A stretch of DNA of 64,000 bases, taken from IMG/VR virus record IMGVR_UViG_3300032331_003707, positions 1 through 64,000 of that record; one strand, given 5' to 3'. Each line of letters opens with the position of its first letter. Within the stretch, counting starts at the first letter, position 1. A program made the translations under genes and the position numbers. The notes under the pieces were generated by a model. The model was not told where the DNA came from, searched no databases, and saw nothing but the letters and a program-made list of their open reading frames with translations. This DNA is from a virus. Below, in pieces: positions 30,226 to 38,185 of this stretch.

Positions 30226-30241
30226 AATAAAATAAAAAGTT

Positions 30242-30490
30242 ATGGCAGAATTTAGTAAACAATGGGTCGAATTAAACGACAATGAAATGGGTTGGGATTT
30301 TGATATTGAAAAAGTAGCATCCGAATTACCCAAAAGCACAATGATTCCTTATATTTGTGAAGGATTTGGATTCCTTGCAATTGGAAAAGACGAAAACGAT
30401 CAAATCTACTTAGCAATGCCTACAGGTAACTCCAATAAAGAAGGATCTGAAGTAGAATGGAAGAAAATGGAGGAGGTGACCAATGGATAA
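30242..30490 (+). CDS. Hypothetical protein
   Basis: A-rich leader, ORF in operon. Confidence 0.55.
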   Translation: MAEFSKQWVELNDNEMGWDFDIEKVASELPKSTMIPYICEGFGFLAIGKDENDQIYLAMPTGNSNKEGSEVEWKKMEEVTNG

Positions 30491-30749
30491 GATGATGTCA
30501 CTATTCGAATACCTAGGTAAACCAGCAGGAGGAGATTTAGGTAAAAAAGTATACCTTGCTGCACGAGCAAAAAATGTTAACCACTCACAACGAGAAGTAT
30601 CTACTAAGACTTACACAGGTATGGTAATGTTATATCCTGAATCATTTTTGGGTGAATATTTCAAAAGTGAAGCAGATAAACATAAAGCAAAAGAACTTCA
30701 AAAGATGGATTTACCTCCTATTGAAAATGAAAGTAGTACTCCTTTTTAA
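30483..30749 (+). CDS. Hypothetical protein
   Basis: Overlapping ORF in operon. Confidence 0.55.
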   Translation: MDKMMSLFEYLGKPAGGDLGKKVYLAARAKNVNHSQREVSTKTYTGMVMLYPESFLGEYFKSEADKHKAKELQKMDLPPIENESSTPF

Positions 30750-30771
30750 TATGTATAATCATTAAAACATA

Positions 30772-31170
30772 ATGATGAAAAATACTCAACTTACTAATAT
30801 TTTTAAATCTATATTATCTGAAGGTAAAAAAATAGATCAAGATGGAGATGGAGACAAAGACTTTGCAGATGTGATGATCGCAAGACTAACCGCTTCAGGA
30901 AAGGATAAAGATGATGCTATCAAATTTACCAAAAACAAGAAATATAATAAAAAATCAGTAAAAGAAGGTGGTGACAATATGACGGAAAACTATATGTTTT
31001 TCAGTAATCTAAAACAAATGCACCGCCAAATTGAGTTTTTAATGCAAATTGATCCTCAAGTTATTGAATCAATTCTCCAAAACGGACACGATTGGGCTGA
31101 TGACCATGTTACAGTTGCTAAGGAAAATATGGATCAAGTATTTGATTTCATAATGAACAAAACTAAATAA
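30772..31170 (+). CDS. Putative late/virion internal protein with DxDxDG motif
   Basis: DQDGDGDKDFAD EF-hand-like loop; late-type AATATGTAT motif upstream. Confidence 0.45.
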   Translation: MMKNTQLTNIFKSILSEGKKIDQDGDGDKDFADVMIARLTASGKDKDDAIKFTKNKKYNKKSVKEGGDNMTENYMFFSNLKQMHRQIEFLMQIDPQVIESILQNGHDWADDHVTVAKENMDQVFDFIMNKTK

Positions 31171-31195
31171 TTTTACGACGATAATTATCCTTTTT

Positions 31196-31205
31196 AATAT
31201 GTATT
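31196..31205 (+). promoter_or_regulatory. Putative late promoter motif AATAT(T/G)TAT
   Basis: Also at ~23613, 25573, 28378, 30748, 56564; related TATATTTATA at ~2418, 60950, 63486. Confidence 0.5.
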
Positions 31206-31227
31206 AGTAACAAACTAGTTTAAAATT

Positions 31228-32061
31228 ATGTTACTTAAAAACGGATCAAAAGGAGAAGAAGTAAAGTTACTTCAAGAAAAATTAGGTTTAGGTATTGATG
31301 GTATATTTGGACCAGGCACTGAAGCTAAAGTAAAAGAATGGCAAGCTGCAAATGGATTAGCAGCGGATGGTATAGTAGGACCAGGAACATGGGGTAAGAT
31401 GTTTGGAACAGCAGCTCCAGTAGTTACACCTGCATCTGCTCCAGTAGCAATCCCACCAAGTTCATTTAAATTAGCTGCCTTAAAGGGACATATCCCTGAT
31501 GCTGTAATAGCTCAAATACCTGAAACAGCAGCTAAATTCAATATAACAAATTCACTACGTTTAGCTCATTTCTTAGCACAATGTGGACATGAGTCAGGTG
31601 GATTTAAAGCAATAAGTGAAAACTTAAACTACTCAGCTGATGGTTTAAAAAGAATATTTGGAAAATATTTCCCTGGTGATCTAGCTGCTTCATACGCTCG
31701 CCAACCAGAAAAAATTGCATCTCGTGTTTACGGAGCAAGAATGGGTAATGGTGATGAATCAACAGGTGAAGGATATAAATATCGTGGACGTGGTTATATC
31801 CAATTAACTGGAAAGTCTAATTATACTGGTTTTGCTAAATTCATAGGTGAAGACACAGTTGCAAACCCTGATTTAGTAGCAAATAAATACCCGCTAGCAT
31901 CAGCGGCATTTTTCTTCGATTCAAATAAATTATGGTCAATATGTGATAAAGGAGCTGATGAAGCAACTGTCACTGCGGTTACTAAACGAGTTAACGGCGG
32001 TACAATTGGTTTACCAGATCGTATAAAGCATTTTAACGAGTACTATAATTTATTGAAATAA
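31228..32061 (+). CDS. Endolysin: peptidoglycan-binding domain + GH19 lysozyme/chitinase
   Basis: DGIFGPGT/DGIVGPGT repeats; AHFLAQCGHESG, ENLNYS, YRGRGYIQLTG, TKRVNGG. Confidence 0.93.
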   Translation: MLLKNGSKGEEVKLLQEKLGLGIDGIFGPGTEAKVKEWQAANGLAADGIVGPGTWGKMFGTAAPVVTPASAPVAIPPSSFKLAALKGHIPDAVIAQIPETAAKFNITNSLRLAHFLAQCGHESGGFKAISENLNYSADGLKRIFGKYFPGDLAASYARQPEKIASRVYGARMGNGDESTGEGYKYRGRGYIQLTGKSNYTGFAKFIGEDTVANPDLVANKYPLASAAFFFDSNKLWSICDKGADEATVTAVTKRVNGGTIGLPDRIKHFNEYYNLLK

Positions 32062-32069
32062 TACATTGA

Positions 32070-33176
32070 ATGAAAAATCTACCTAAAGAAGAATTATTAA
32101 GTAGACTTGAAGCGATTAATAGAAGTAATGCTATTATATACTTTGACCTTAATGGAGTTATATTAGGAGTTAATGACATTTTTTTAGAAGCAATGGGTTA
32201 TGGTAAAGGCAACCATGACGATTTAGTCGGTAAACACCATAGTATTTTTGTATGTGATGATTACGCAAGATCACTTGAATATGAAAAGTTTTGGGACATC
32301 TTAAGAAGCGGTAAACACTATCAAGGTGAGTTTGAAAGAAGAAAAAAGGATGGAAGTCTTATTAATCTTCAAGCAACTTACAATCCTATTTTTAATGAGG
32401 ATAATAAGATTACCAAGATAATGAAGATTGCTACTGACATTAGTTTAATTGTTAAAAGCAAGAATCAAATAGATGCAATCAACAGAAGCACAGCCCTTAT
32501 TAATTTTAACACTGATGGGTTTATAACAGAAGTTAATTCTATATTTTTAGAAACCATGGGATATAAATCCAATGAAAAGTCTAAAGTCATTGGAAAACAT
32601 CATAGTGTTTTTGTTAGTTATGAGTATTCTAAATCTGATGAATATGTTAAGTTTTGGGAGAATTTAAAAAAAGGTAAGTACTTTGATGGGATATTTGAAA
32701 GAAAAAAAGTAGATGGTTCCACTGTCTATCTACAAGCATCTTATAATCCTGTATTTGATAGTAAAGGAAATATTACTGATGTAGTTAAGATTGCTACTGA
32801 TGTTACGGATGCTGTGAACAATAAAAAGAAAATAGATGATCTTTCAAAGAACCTACAAACAGAATTAGATAACTCCCAGAAACTCAAGAACGCAATTGAG
32901 ATTGAAAAGGATGCTGCTTTGAACGACTTGGATGTGATGATGAAGAAAAGTCAAAGTGAATTAATACGAACTATTGTTAAAGTTGCATTGGCTGTCATAG
33001 TTGGAGTTGGAGTTGTGACAACAGCCTTATATTGGATGGCCATTATAACAAATCAAGACACACAAATTATTGGCTCTACTTGGAGCAACATGTTTAGTGT
33101 ACTGCTAACAAACGCATTTTCAATAGTTGGAACAATTATGGGTATTAAGTACGCAACACAAGATGGAAAAAAATAA
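32070..33176 (+). CDS. Tandem PAS-PAC domain protein with coiled coil and two C-terminal TM helices
   Basis: Two repeats of AINRS.A.I.F...G.I..VN..FL..MGY...GKHHS.FV...FW..L..G...G.FER.K.DGS...LQA.YNP.F...KIATD; no MCP or kinase domain. Confidence 0.85.
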   Translation: MKNLPKEELLSRLEAINRSNAIIYFDLNGVILGVNDIFLEAMGYGKGNHDDLVGKHHSIFVCDDYARSLEYEKFWDILRSGKHYQGEFERRKKDGSLINLQATYNPIFNEDNKITKIMKIATDISLIVKSKNQIDAINRSTALINFNTDGFITEVNSIFLETMGYKSNEKSKVIGKHHSVFVSYEYSKSDEYVKFWENLKKGKYFDGIFERKKVDGSTVYLQASYNPVFDSKGNITDVVKIATDVTDAVNNKKKIDDLSKNLQTELDNSQKLKNAIEIEKDAALNDLDVMMKKSQSELIRTIVKVALAVIVGVGVVTTALYWMAIITNQDTQIIGSTWSNMFSVLLTNAFSIVGTIMGIKYATQDGKK

Positions 33177-33206
33177 TAAAGAAGAAATAAACGAGAAAGA
33201 GAAATA

Positions 33207-33809
33207 ATGGAAATACTAATCCCAGTCATAATTGCTTTAATTACATCTGTATTTGGTCCTATATTAATGGAATGGGCAAAAAATAAACTCAGCAAAAAAT
33301 CAGCTGATCCAATGCCTGATGCAATTAAATATAATGAGCAAATTGAGCATCAATTAGATATAATGCTTGATGAATTAGACTGTGATCAAATATTCATAGC
33401 CCAATTCCACAATGGTGGTCATTTCTACCCAACTGGAAAATCTATCCAGAAATTTTCTATATTCTATGAGGTATTAAGTCCAAATATTGAATCAGTTAAA
33501 AACGTTTATCAAAATATACCTGTATCATTATTTAATAAACCATTATCTGAATTATACGAAAATGGTGAGGTAATAATAGAGGATGCTGAACATAACCCAT
33601 CATATCTTCTTAATATGACTACTGGTGGTAAATGTAAATCAATTTATTTATTAGCATTAACTGACTTAGATGGACGTATTGTAGGTGTTATGGGTATCCA
33701 CTATATTGAAAATAAACATAAACTGGTTAAAGACGAGTGGATATTTGTTCGTCAAAAGGTAGGTGCAATTGGTAATATTATTAGTAATTACTTACATAGT
33801 AAAAAATAA
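33207..33809 (+). CDS. N-terminal TM + GAF-like domain protein (holin/T-like candidate)
   Basis: TM segment, then LDELDCDQIFIAQFHNG...KSIYLLALTDLDGRIVGVMGIHY GAF-like pattern. Confidence 0.55.
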   Translation: MEILIPVIIALITSVFGPILMEWAKNKLSKKSADPMPDAIKYNEQIEHQLDIMLDELDCDQIFIAQFHNGGHFYPTGKSIQKFSIFYEVLSPNIESVKNVYQNIPVSLFNKPLSELYENGEVIIEDAEHNPSYLLNMTTGGKCKSIYLLALTDLDGRIVGVMGIHYIENKHKLVKDEWIFVRQKVGAIGNIISNYLHSKK

Positions 33810-34020
33810 AATATATAATTTTCTTAAATAACATTTGGCCTTCGGGTCATTTTTTATTATATTACGGGTATGAATAAAAAACAAGATAGAGAAGAAATTA
33901 TATTTGTTGTATTAGCATTATTAACAACTCTGTGGATGGTTTTTTGCTAAATTACCCCAATTCTTTATCCGAGATTCTGAAATTAGATTTTGTATCTTTA
34001 TAGTATAAGATTTAAAACAT

Positions 34021-34293
34021 ATGAAATACTCAAGAGAATTTAAAAATGCAGATGGTACTGCAAGTACTTGGTTCTATGACACAGAACGTTTCCCAAATGG
34101 TCCTTACCGTGTTGAAATCGGTTATGCAAAAGATACCGATTACGATAAGGTATTTGAAGAGGAATATGATGAAGATAAAGATACTTCAACTGATACCTCA
34201 GTACCAATTACAAAACGTAGATGGACCAACCCAGCAAATGGTAAGCTTGTAGGTTATACTAGAGCTAAAAACCTTGGATTAGTAAAAAGTTAA
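34021..34293 (+). CDS. Hypothetical protein
   Basis: First ORF after a CCGAG promoter. Confidence 0.6.
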   Translation: MKYSREFKNADGTASTWFYDTERFPNGPYRVEIGYAKDTDYDKVFEEEYDEDKDTSTDTSVPITKRRWTNPANGKLVGYTRAKNLGLVKS

Positions 34294-34302
34294 AATAAAA
34301 TT

Positions 34303-34563
34303 ATGTCTATATCACCAAGAGCAATTAGAAATAATATTACTATCAAATTTGATGGTAAAACAGTTGATAAAAAAACTGTGCTAGAAGCAAGTGAAGCATG
34401 GGAACCTAAACACGAATCATTATTCGTAAAACTATTAAAACAGGGTGGTAAATTTACTGCTAACGGAGTAGTAGTAGAAGTGTTTCCTGCAGATCAAATG
34501 TTAACTTCACGAGGTGAAAAAGATAGTGGTATCATCACTTCAGATCCTTTAGCACGATTTTAA
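34303..34563 (+). CDS. Hypothetical protein
   Basis: ORF with A-rich leader. Confidence 0.6.
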   Translation: MSISPRAIRNNITIKFDGKTVDKKTVLEASEAWEPKHESLFVKLLKQGGKFTANGVVVEVFPADQMLTSRGEKDSGIITSDPLARF

Positions 34564-34705
34564 ATTAAATAACTATGAAAAAACTAATTAAAAGATTTCA
34601 CCAGGAAATGGAGGAAGCTTGTTATCCAATAGATCCATTCCCGGTTTATTTATTTATGGTAATAGCGTTATTATGTCCTGTTATAGTTAACTTATTAAAA
34701 TAATT

Positions 34706-34960
34706 ATGGAAGCAAAAGAAAAAGCAGAACAGTTAGTAAACAAAATGTTTAATTGGATTCAAGGCGGAAGTGTAATAGAATATGAAACAGCTAAAGAATG
34801 TGCCTTGATAGCAGTAGATGAAATATTAAATACTTTGCCAATTTTGAGACCTGCGCAAGATGCTGTAAATTATTTAGAAAATTATTCTGCTATACAAACT
34901 CAATTAGATAATCTAAGTTATTATTGGCAAGATGTAAAAGGAGAAATAGAAAATCTTTAA
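34706..34960 (+). CDS. Hypothetical phage protein (KEKAEQLV...AKECALIAVDEIL...YWQDVK family)
   Basis: Recognisable small phage ORF pattern. Confidence 0.6.
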   Translation: MEAKEKAEQLVNKMFNWIQGGSVIEYETAKECALIAVDEILNTLPILRPAQDAVNYLENYSAIQTQLDNLSYYWQDVKGEIENL

Positions 34961-35230
34961 ATTATGGAAAAATACGAAAAGAGTTTTTTATTAGGATTTT
35001 TTGTAGGTGGAATAATTGGTATAATAGTACTCGATCTAGTCCAAAGAGGAATAATTTAAAAATATGGAAGGTAAATACGTAATCATAGATCTTAGAACTA
35101 TGGATTTTATGAAGGATGAACATGGTATTATAAAGTACTATGACACCGAGGAAGAAGCAGGTCTTACCTGTGGTATACAAGAGCTTGAAAATGCTTGGGT
35201 AATGAAATTAGTGTTTAATCATATAGAAGA

Positions 35231-35494
35231 ATGATGGATCAAATAGGTTATGTCTTATTATACACCATTAATGGATTAGCAATAGCGTTTGTAGTATATA
35301 TTGGGGTTTGGATGCCTAAAGAAAAAATGAAAGGCCACGCCGGTAGAGGTAAATGTAAATGTTGTAATGAGAAAGTAGTATATCATGAAGACGATAATGG
35401 GAATTGGTTCAAAACTACACGTGACAAAGATGGGAACCGAATCTACATGGAAAGTAATGATGGAGTAATTTTTGATAATAGAAAAAATAATTAG
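35231..35494 (+). CDS. Hypothetical membrane protein
   Basis: N-terminal TM. Confidence 0.5.
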   Translation: MMDQIGYVLLYTINGLAIAFVVYIGVWMPKEKMKGHAGRGKCKCCNEKVVYHEDDNGNWFKTTRDKDGNRIYMESNDGVIFDNRKNN

Positions 35495-35753
35495 CCCCGC
35501 TCGCGAGGGGATCGTAAAACACAGTAAGCCTCTGAGATCGTACCAGCTATACTATTATGGTATAGGCGAACCTCAAGTAACTGTTCTCATCGTATAGGAG
35601 ATAGGGTGTTAGTTAGCCTTTTCAAACACCCGACGTCGTATCCAGACTTTAAAAGGCAACTATTAGTGAACTTCGGTACCCATACCGCTGACGATGGGCT
35701 AAGTAAGATACAATTCCGTGCTGCGGGGAGTAGAATGCCGAAGAGCTAATAGT
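35495..35753 (+). ncRNA. Unassigned structured RNA (multi-hairpin with pseudoknot)
   Basis: GC-rich, ORF-free; GGGTGTT/AAACACCC stem whose loop GCCTTTT pairs with AAAAGGC; ACTATTAG/CTAATAGT and CTTCGGT/GCCGAAG long stem. Confidence 0.6.
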
Positions 35754-35758
35754 AACAT

Positions 35759-35858
35759 AGTCAGGTGGTGTAATTGGGTAGCACAACGAAACGGGAGTAA
35801 CCGAAAGGCCAGTACCAATCTACTTGCGTTGATATAGGTTCGAATCCTGTCCTGACTA
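35759..35858 (+). ncRNA. tRNA-like RNA 1 (expanded anticodon arm)
   Basis: AGTCAGG/CCTGACT acceptor, D-arm GTG-TAATTGGGTAG-CAC, T-arm ATAGG-TTCGAAT-CCTGT; ~38-nt insert closed by CAACG/CGTTG. Confidence 0.7.
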
Positions 35859-35873
35859 CAAAATTAAATAGGA

Positions 35874-35978
35874 ATGACACAGGAGGAAATAAAACATTGG
35901 GTCGATAGGTGGTCGAAACTAAAGCCATCTCCTCAAAGAGATATGGTAATTAAGATTTGGTCTAGGTTATTGAAATAA
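35874..35978 (+). CDS. 34-aa ORF between the tRNA-like RNAs
   Basis: MTQEEIKHWVDRWSKLKPSPQRDMVIKIWSRLLK, fills the spacer exactly. Confidence 0.45.
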   Translation: MTQEEIKHWVDRWSKLKPSPQRDMVIKIWSRLLK

Positions 35979-35983
35979 AACAT

Positions 35984-36137
35984 AGTCAGGTGGTGGAATG
36001 GTAGACACATAATGACACGCACGGCAACCTTGAATAAGTGCACTTTGAAAAGGCAATGCGAATGATGAAGAACACTACCTCACAGTGCGTAGGTAAAATT
36101 CAAAGTGTTCATACAGGTTCGATTCCTGTCCTGACTA
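35984..36137 (+). ncRNA. tRNA-like RNA 2 (large insert replacing the anticodon arm)
   Basis: Same AGTCAGG/CCTGACT acceptor, GTGGAATGGTAGACAC D-arm, ACAGG-TTCGATT-CCTGT T-arm; ~100-nt insert with CACTTTGAA/TTCAAAGTG stem. Confidence 0.7.
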
Positions 36138-36196
36138 CTAAAGAGGATAAAACGCGTAGTAACCTCAGGGGTCTGCAGCCCCACTACGCTCCATTA

Positions 36197-36270
36197 GCGC
36201 CCTTAGCTCATTAGGTTAGAGCAACTGACTCATAATCAGTAGGTACCTGGTTCGATCCCAGGAGGGCGCA
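36197..36270 (+). tRNA. tRNA with CAT anticodon (probably Ile2, possibly Met)
   Basis: GCGCCCT/AGGGCGC acceptor, ACTGA-CTCATAA-TCAGT anticodon arm, GGTTCGATCCC T-loop; no encoded CCA. Confidence 0.92.
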
Positions 36271-36352
36271 CAAAATTTTTTTAACTATAGGTTGGCTTTA
36301 CTACTATAGTTATTATATTTCGGATATAATTAAAAACCAAATAAATAAAGTT

Positions 36353-36598
36353 ATGAACAAAATGTCAACAACCCCAAGTGCACGTTCTTACCGTCGCTTG
36401 AACCGTACTGCTAAATTAGCATTTTACAATGCTCGTCAACGTAAAGGTGACACTACCCGCTTAGCAGAAACTACTGGTTACTCAGCTAGCCATGTATCAA
36501 ATATTATTAATGGTCGCCGTTCGGTGAATCAGGATGTAGCAAACGCTATGTACAATATGTCTCGTCGTCGTATGAGAACAATCGAGCTAGTAGGTTAA
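36353..36598 (+). CDS. XRE-like HTH protein
   Basis: TRLAETTGYSASHVSNIINGRR. Confidence 0.75.
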   Translation: MNKMSTTPSARSYRRLNRTAKLAFYNARQRKGDTTRLAETTGYSASHVSNIINGRRSVNQDVANAMYNMSRRRMRTIELVG

Positions 36599-36625
36599 TT
36601 ACCTAAGCCATGTTGTGTGTTGGAG

Positions 36626-36655
36626 AGCATATCCTAAAGAGGATATGCTTTTCTT
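36626..36655 (+). terminator. Intrinsic terminator
   Basis: AGCATATCC-TAAAGA-GGATATGCT followed by TTTC. Confidence 0.7.
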
Positions 36656-36722
36656 CTCACTAAAGATATCCCCCAATTCTTTATCCGAGATTATAAAATT
36701 ATCTTTACTATATTTACAGTAT

Positions 36723-37196
36723 ATGAATATTTTTTACGTACATAAAGACCCAATAGTTGCAGCACAAATGCTAGCAGATGATCACATTCGCAAAATGCAA
36801 ATTGAAAGCGCTCAGATGCTTTGTACAGCACATTGGGAAACAGGAGGTGAAGCACCTTATAAGCGAGCTCATAAAAATCACCCCTCAACTATTTGGGCTA
36901 GACAATCACTGCAACATTATAGATGGTTGCTGAAGCATGGTTTAGAAATTTGTTATGAGTTTGAGAAACGTTATGGTAAACGCCATGCAACACAAGCTGT
37001 ACTTGAATGGTGTGAATTGAATATACCCAATATACCAAATGTTGAGTTCGTTGAACCACCATTGTGTATGCCTGAGGAATTTAAGATTGATGATACTATT
37101 GGTTCGTATAGAAACTTTTACATCAATGATAAAGTAAAAATTAAAAAATTGGATTGGAAGAAAAATCCTGAAAGAAAACCGAATTGGATATTATGA
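36723..37196 (+). CDS. Pyrimidine-dimer DNA glycosylase (DenV-like family)
   Basis: MNIF...D.H..KMQIESAQML, YK.AHKNHPSTIW, EFEKRYGKRH, YRNFY; start reassigned to the ATG after the promoter. Confidence 0.8.
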   Translation: MNIFYVHKDPIVAAQMLADDHIRKMQIESAQMLCTAHWETGGEAPYKRAHKNHPSTIWARQSLQHYRWLLKHGLEICYEFEKRYGKRHATQAVLEWCELNIPNIPNVEFVEPPLCMPEEFKIDDTIGSYRNFYINDKVKIKKLDWKKNPERKPNWIL

Positions 37197-37798
37197 GGAA
37201 TAATTTTGAGCAAATACGTAATATGTTGAAATTTGAGGATGATTATTTTTATTTCATTCAGATTATTCAACGTAAAAAAGAAAACCCTGAATTATGTTCT
37301 AGTAATAGAGTTATTCGTTCATATAATATCTCCAGTTTAGAGAAGTTTGATAAAGACAAAGATGAAATTATCACATTATGTGAAACATTTAATGCTCGTG
37401 CTTACATTCACTTGAATAGAAGAAAGTGGAGTAAGATTGCTTTAGAGTGTTTAAGACACAATGCTGAATTAATTGCAAATGAGCAGTACTATGGTATTAA
37501 ATCTAGTTTTGAAACTATCATTGGGCGTAACAATGGTGAATCAAGTAGAACCAAAACATGGATTATTGATGTTGATATGAATGATTTGGAGGTTGTAAAT
37601 AAAATTGAACGTATTATTAACAGTATAGAACCTATAGATAGGACTGTAACCAAATTAATGCATATTATTCCTACCAAGAATGGATATCATATGATTACTA
37701 CACCCTTCGATAGAGCTGAATTTAACAAATATATGCAATTACAAGGTGATGTACCTGATGTACACACCGATAATCCAACAATATTATACGCAATATGA
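37193..37798 (+). CDS. Putative AEP (primase-polymerase superfamily)-like nucleotidyltransferase
   Basis: WIIDVD (hhhDhD) and PTKNGYH motifs. Confidence 0.5.
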   Translation: MRNNFEQIRNMLKFEDDYFYFIQIIQRKKENPELCSSNRVIRSYNISSLEKFDKDKDEIITLCETFNARAYIHLNRRKWSKIALECLRHNAELIANEQYYGIKSSFETIIGRNNGESSRTKTWIIDVDMNDLEVVNKIERIINSIEPIDRTVTKLMHIIPTKNGYHMITTPFDRAEFNKYMQLQGDVPDVHTDNPTILYAI

Positions 37799-38184
37799 AA
37801 GATTTAATATTATTAAGAGGGTTACCTGGAGCAGGTAAGTCAACATTAGCTAAGTCATTAAGTTGTTGTGTATTTGAGGCGGATCAATATTTTATTGACT
37901 CTGAAACTGGCGAATATAAATTTGATATGTCAAAAATAAAACTAGCTCATGATTGGTGTAAATTGCGTGTTGGACATAGTATGGAAGATGGGTTAGGTAC
38001 GATTGTAGTTGCTAATACTTTTACCCGAGAATGGGAAATGGATGCTTATTATGAGTTAGCCGAAAAGTATGGATATCGAGTGCATTCTGTTATTGTGGAG
38101 AATAGACACGATGGAGTGAATGAACATGGATGCCCAGATGATAAAATAAAACAAATGAAAAATCGTTTTGAAATAAAGTTATAA
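37795..38184 (+). CDS. P-loop polynucleotide kinase-like protein (AAA_33)
   Basis: LRGLPGAGKST, EADQYF, AHDWC, VVANTF, NEHGCP. Confidence 0.82.
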   Translation: MKDLILLRGLPGAGKSTLAKSLSCCVFEADQYFIDSETGEYKFDMSKIKLAHDWCKLRVGHSMEDGLGTIVVANTFTREWEMDAYYELAEKYGYRVHSVIVENRHDGVNEHGCPDDKIKQMKNRFEIKL

Positions 38185-38185
38185 T

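Noticed and set aside
32070-33176. Methyl-accepting chemotaxis protein
   Set aside because: PAS domains are MCP-like but the MCP signalling domain is absent
35688-35700. Hammerhead ribozyme (CTGACGA here and at ~47664)
   Set aside because: No correctly placed stem II + GAAA and stem III; the motif lies in ordinary hairpins
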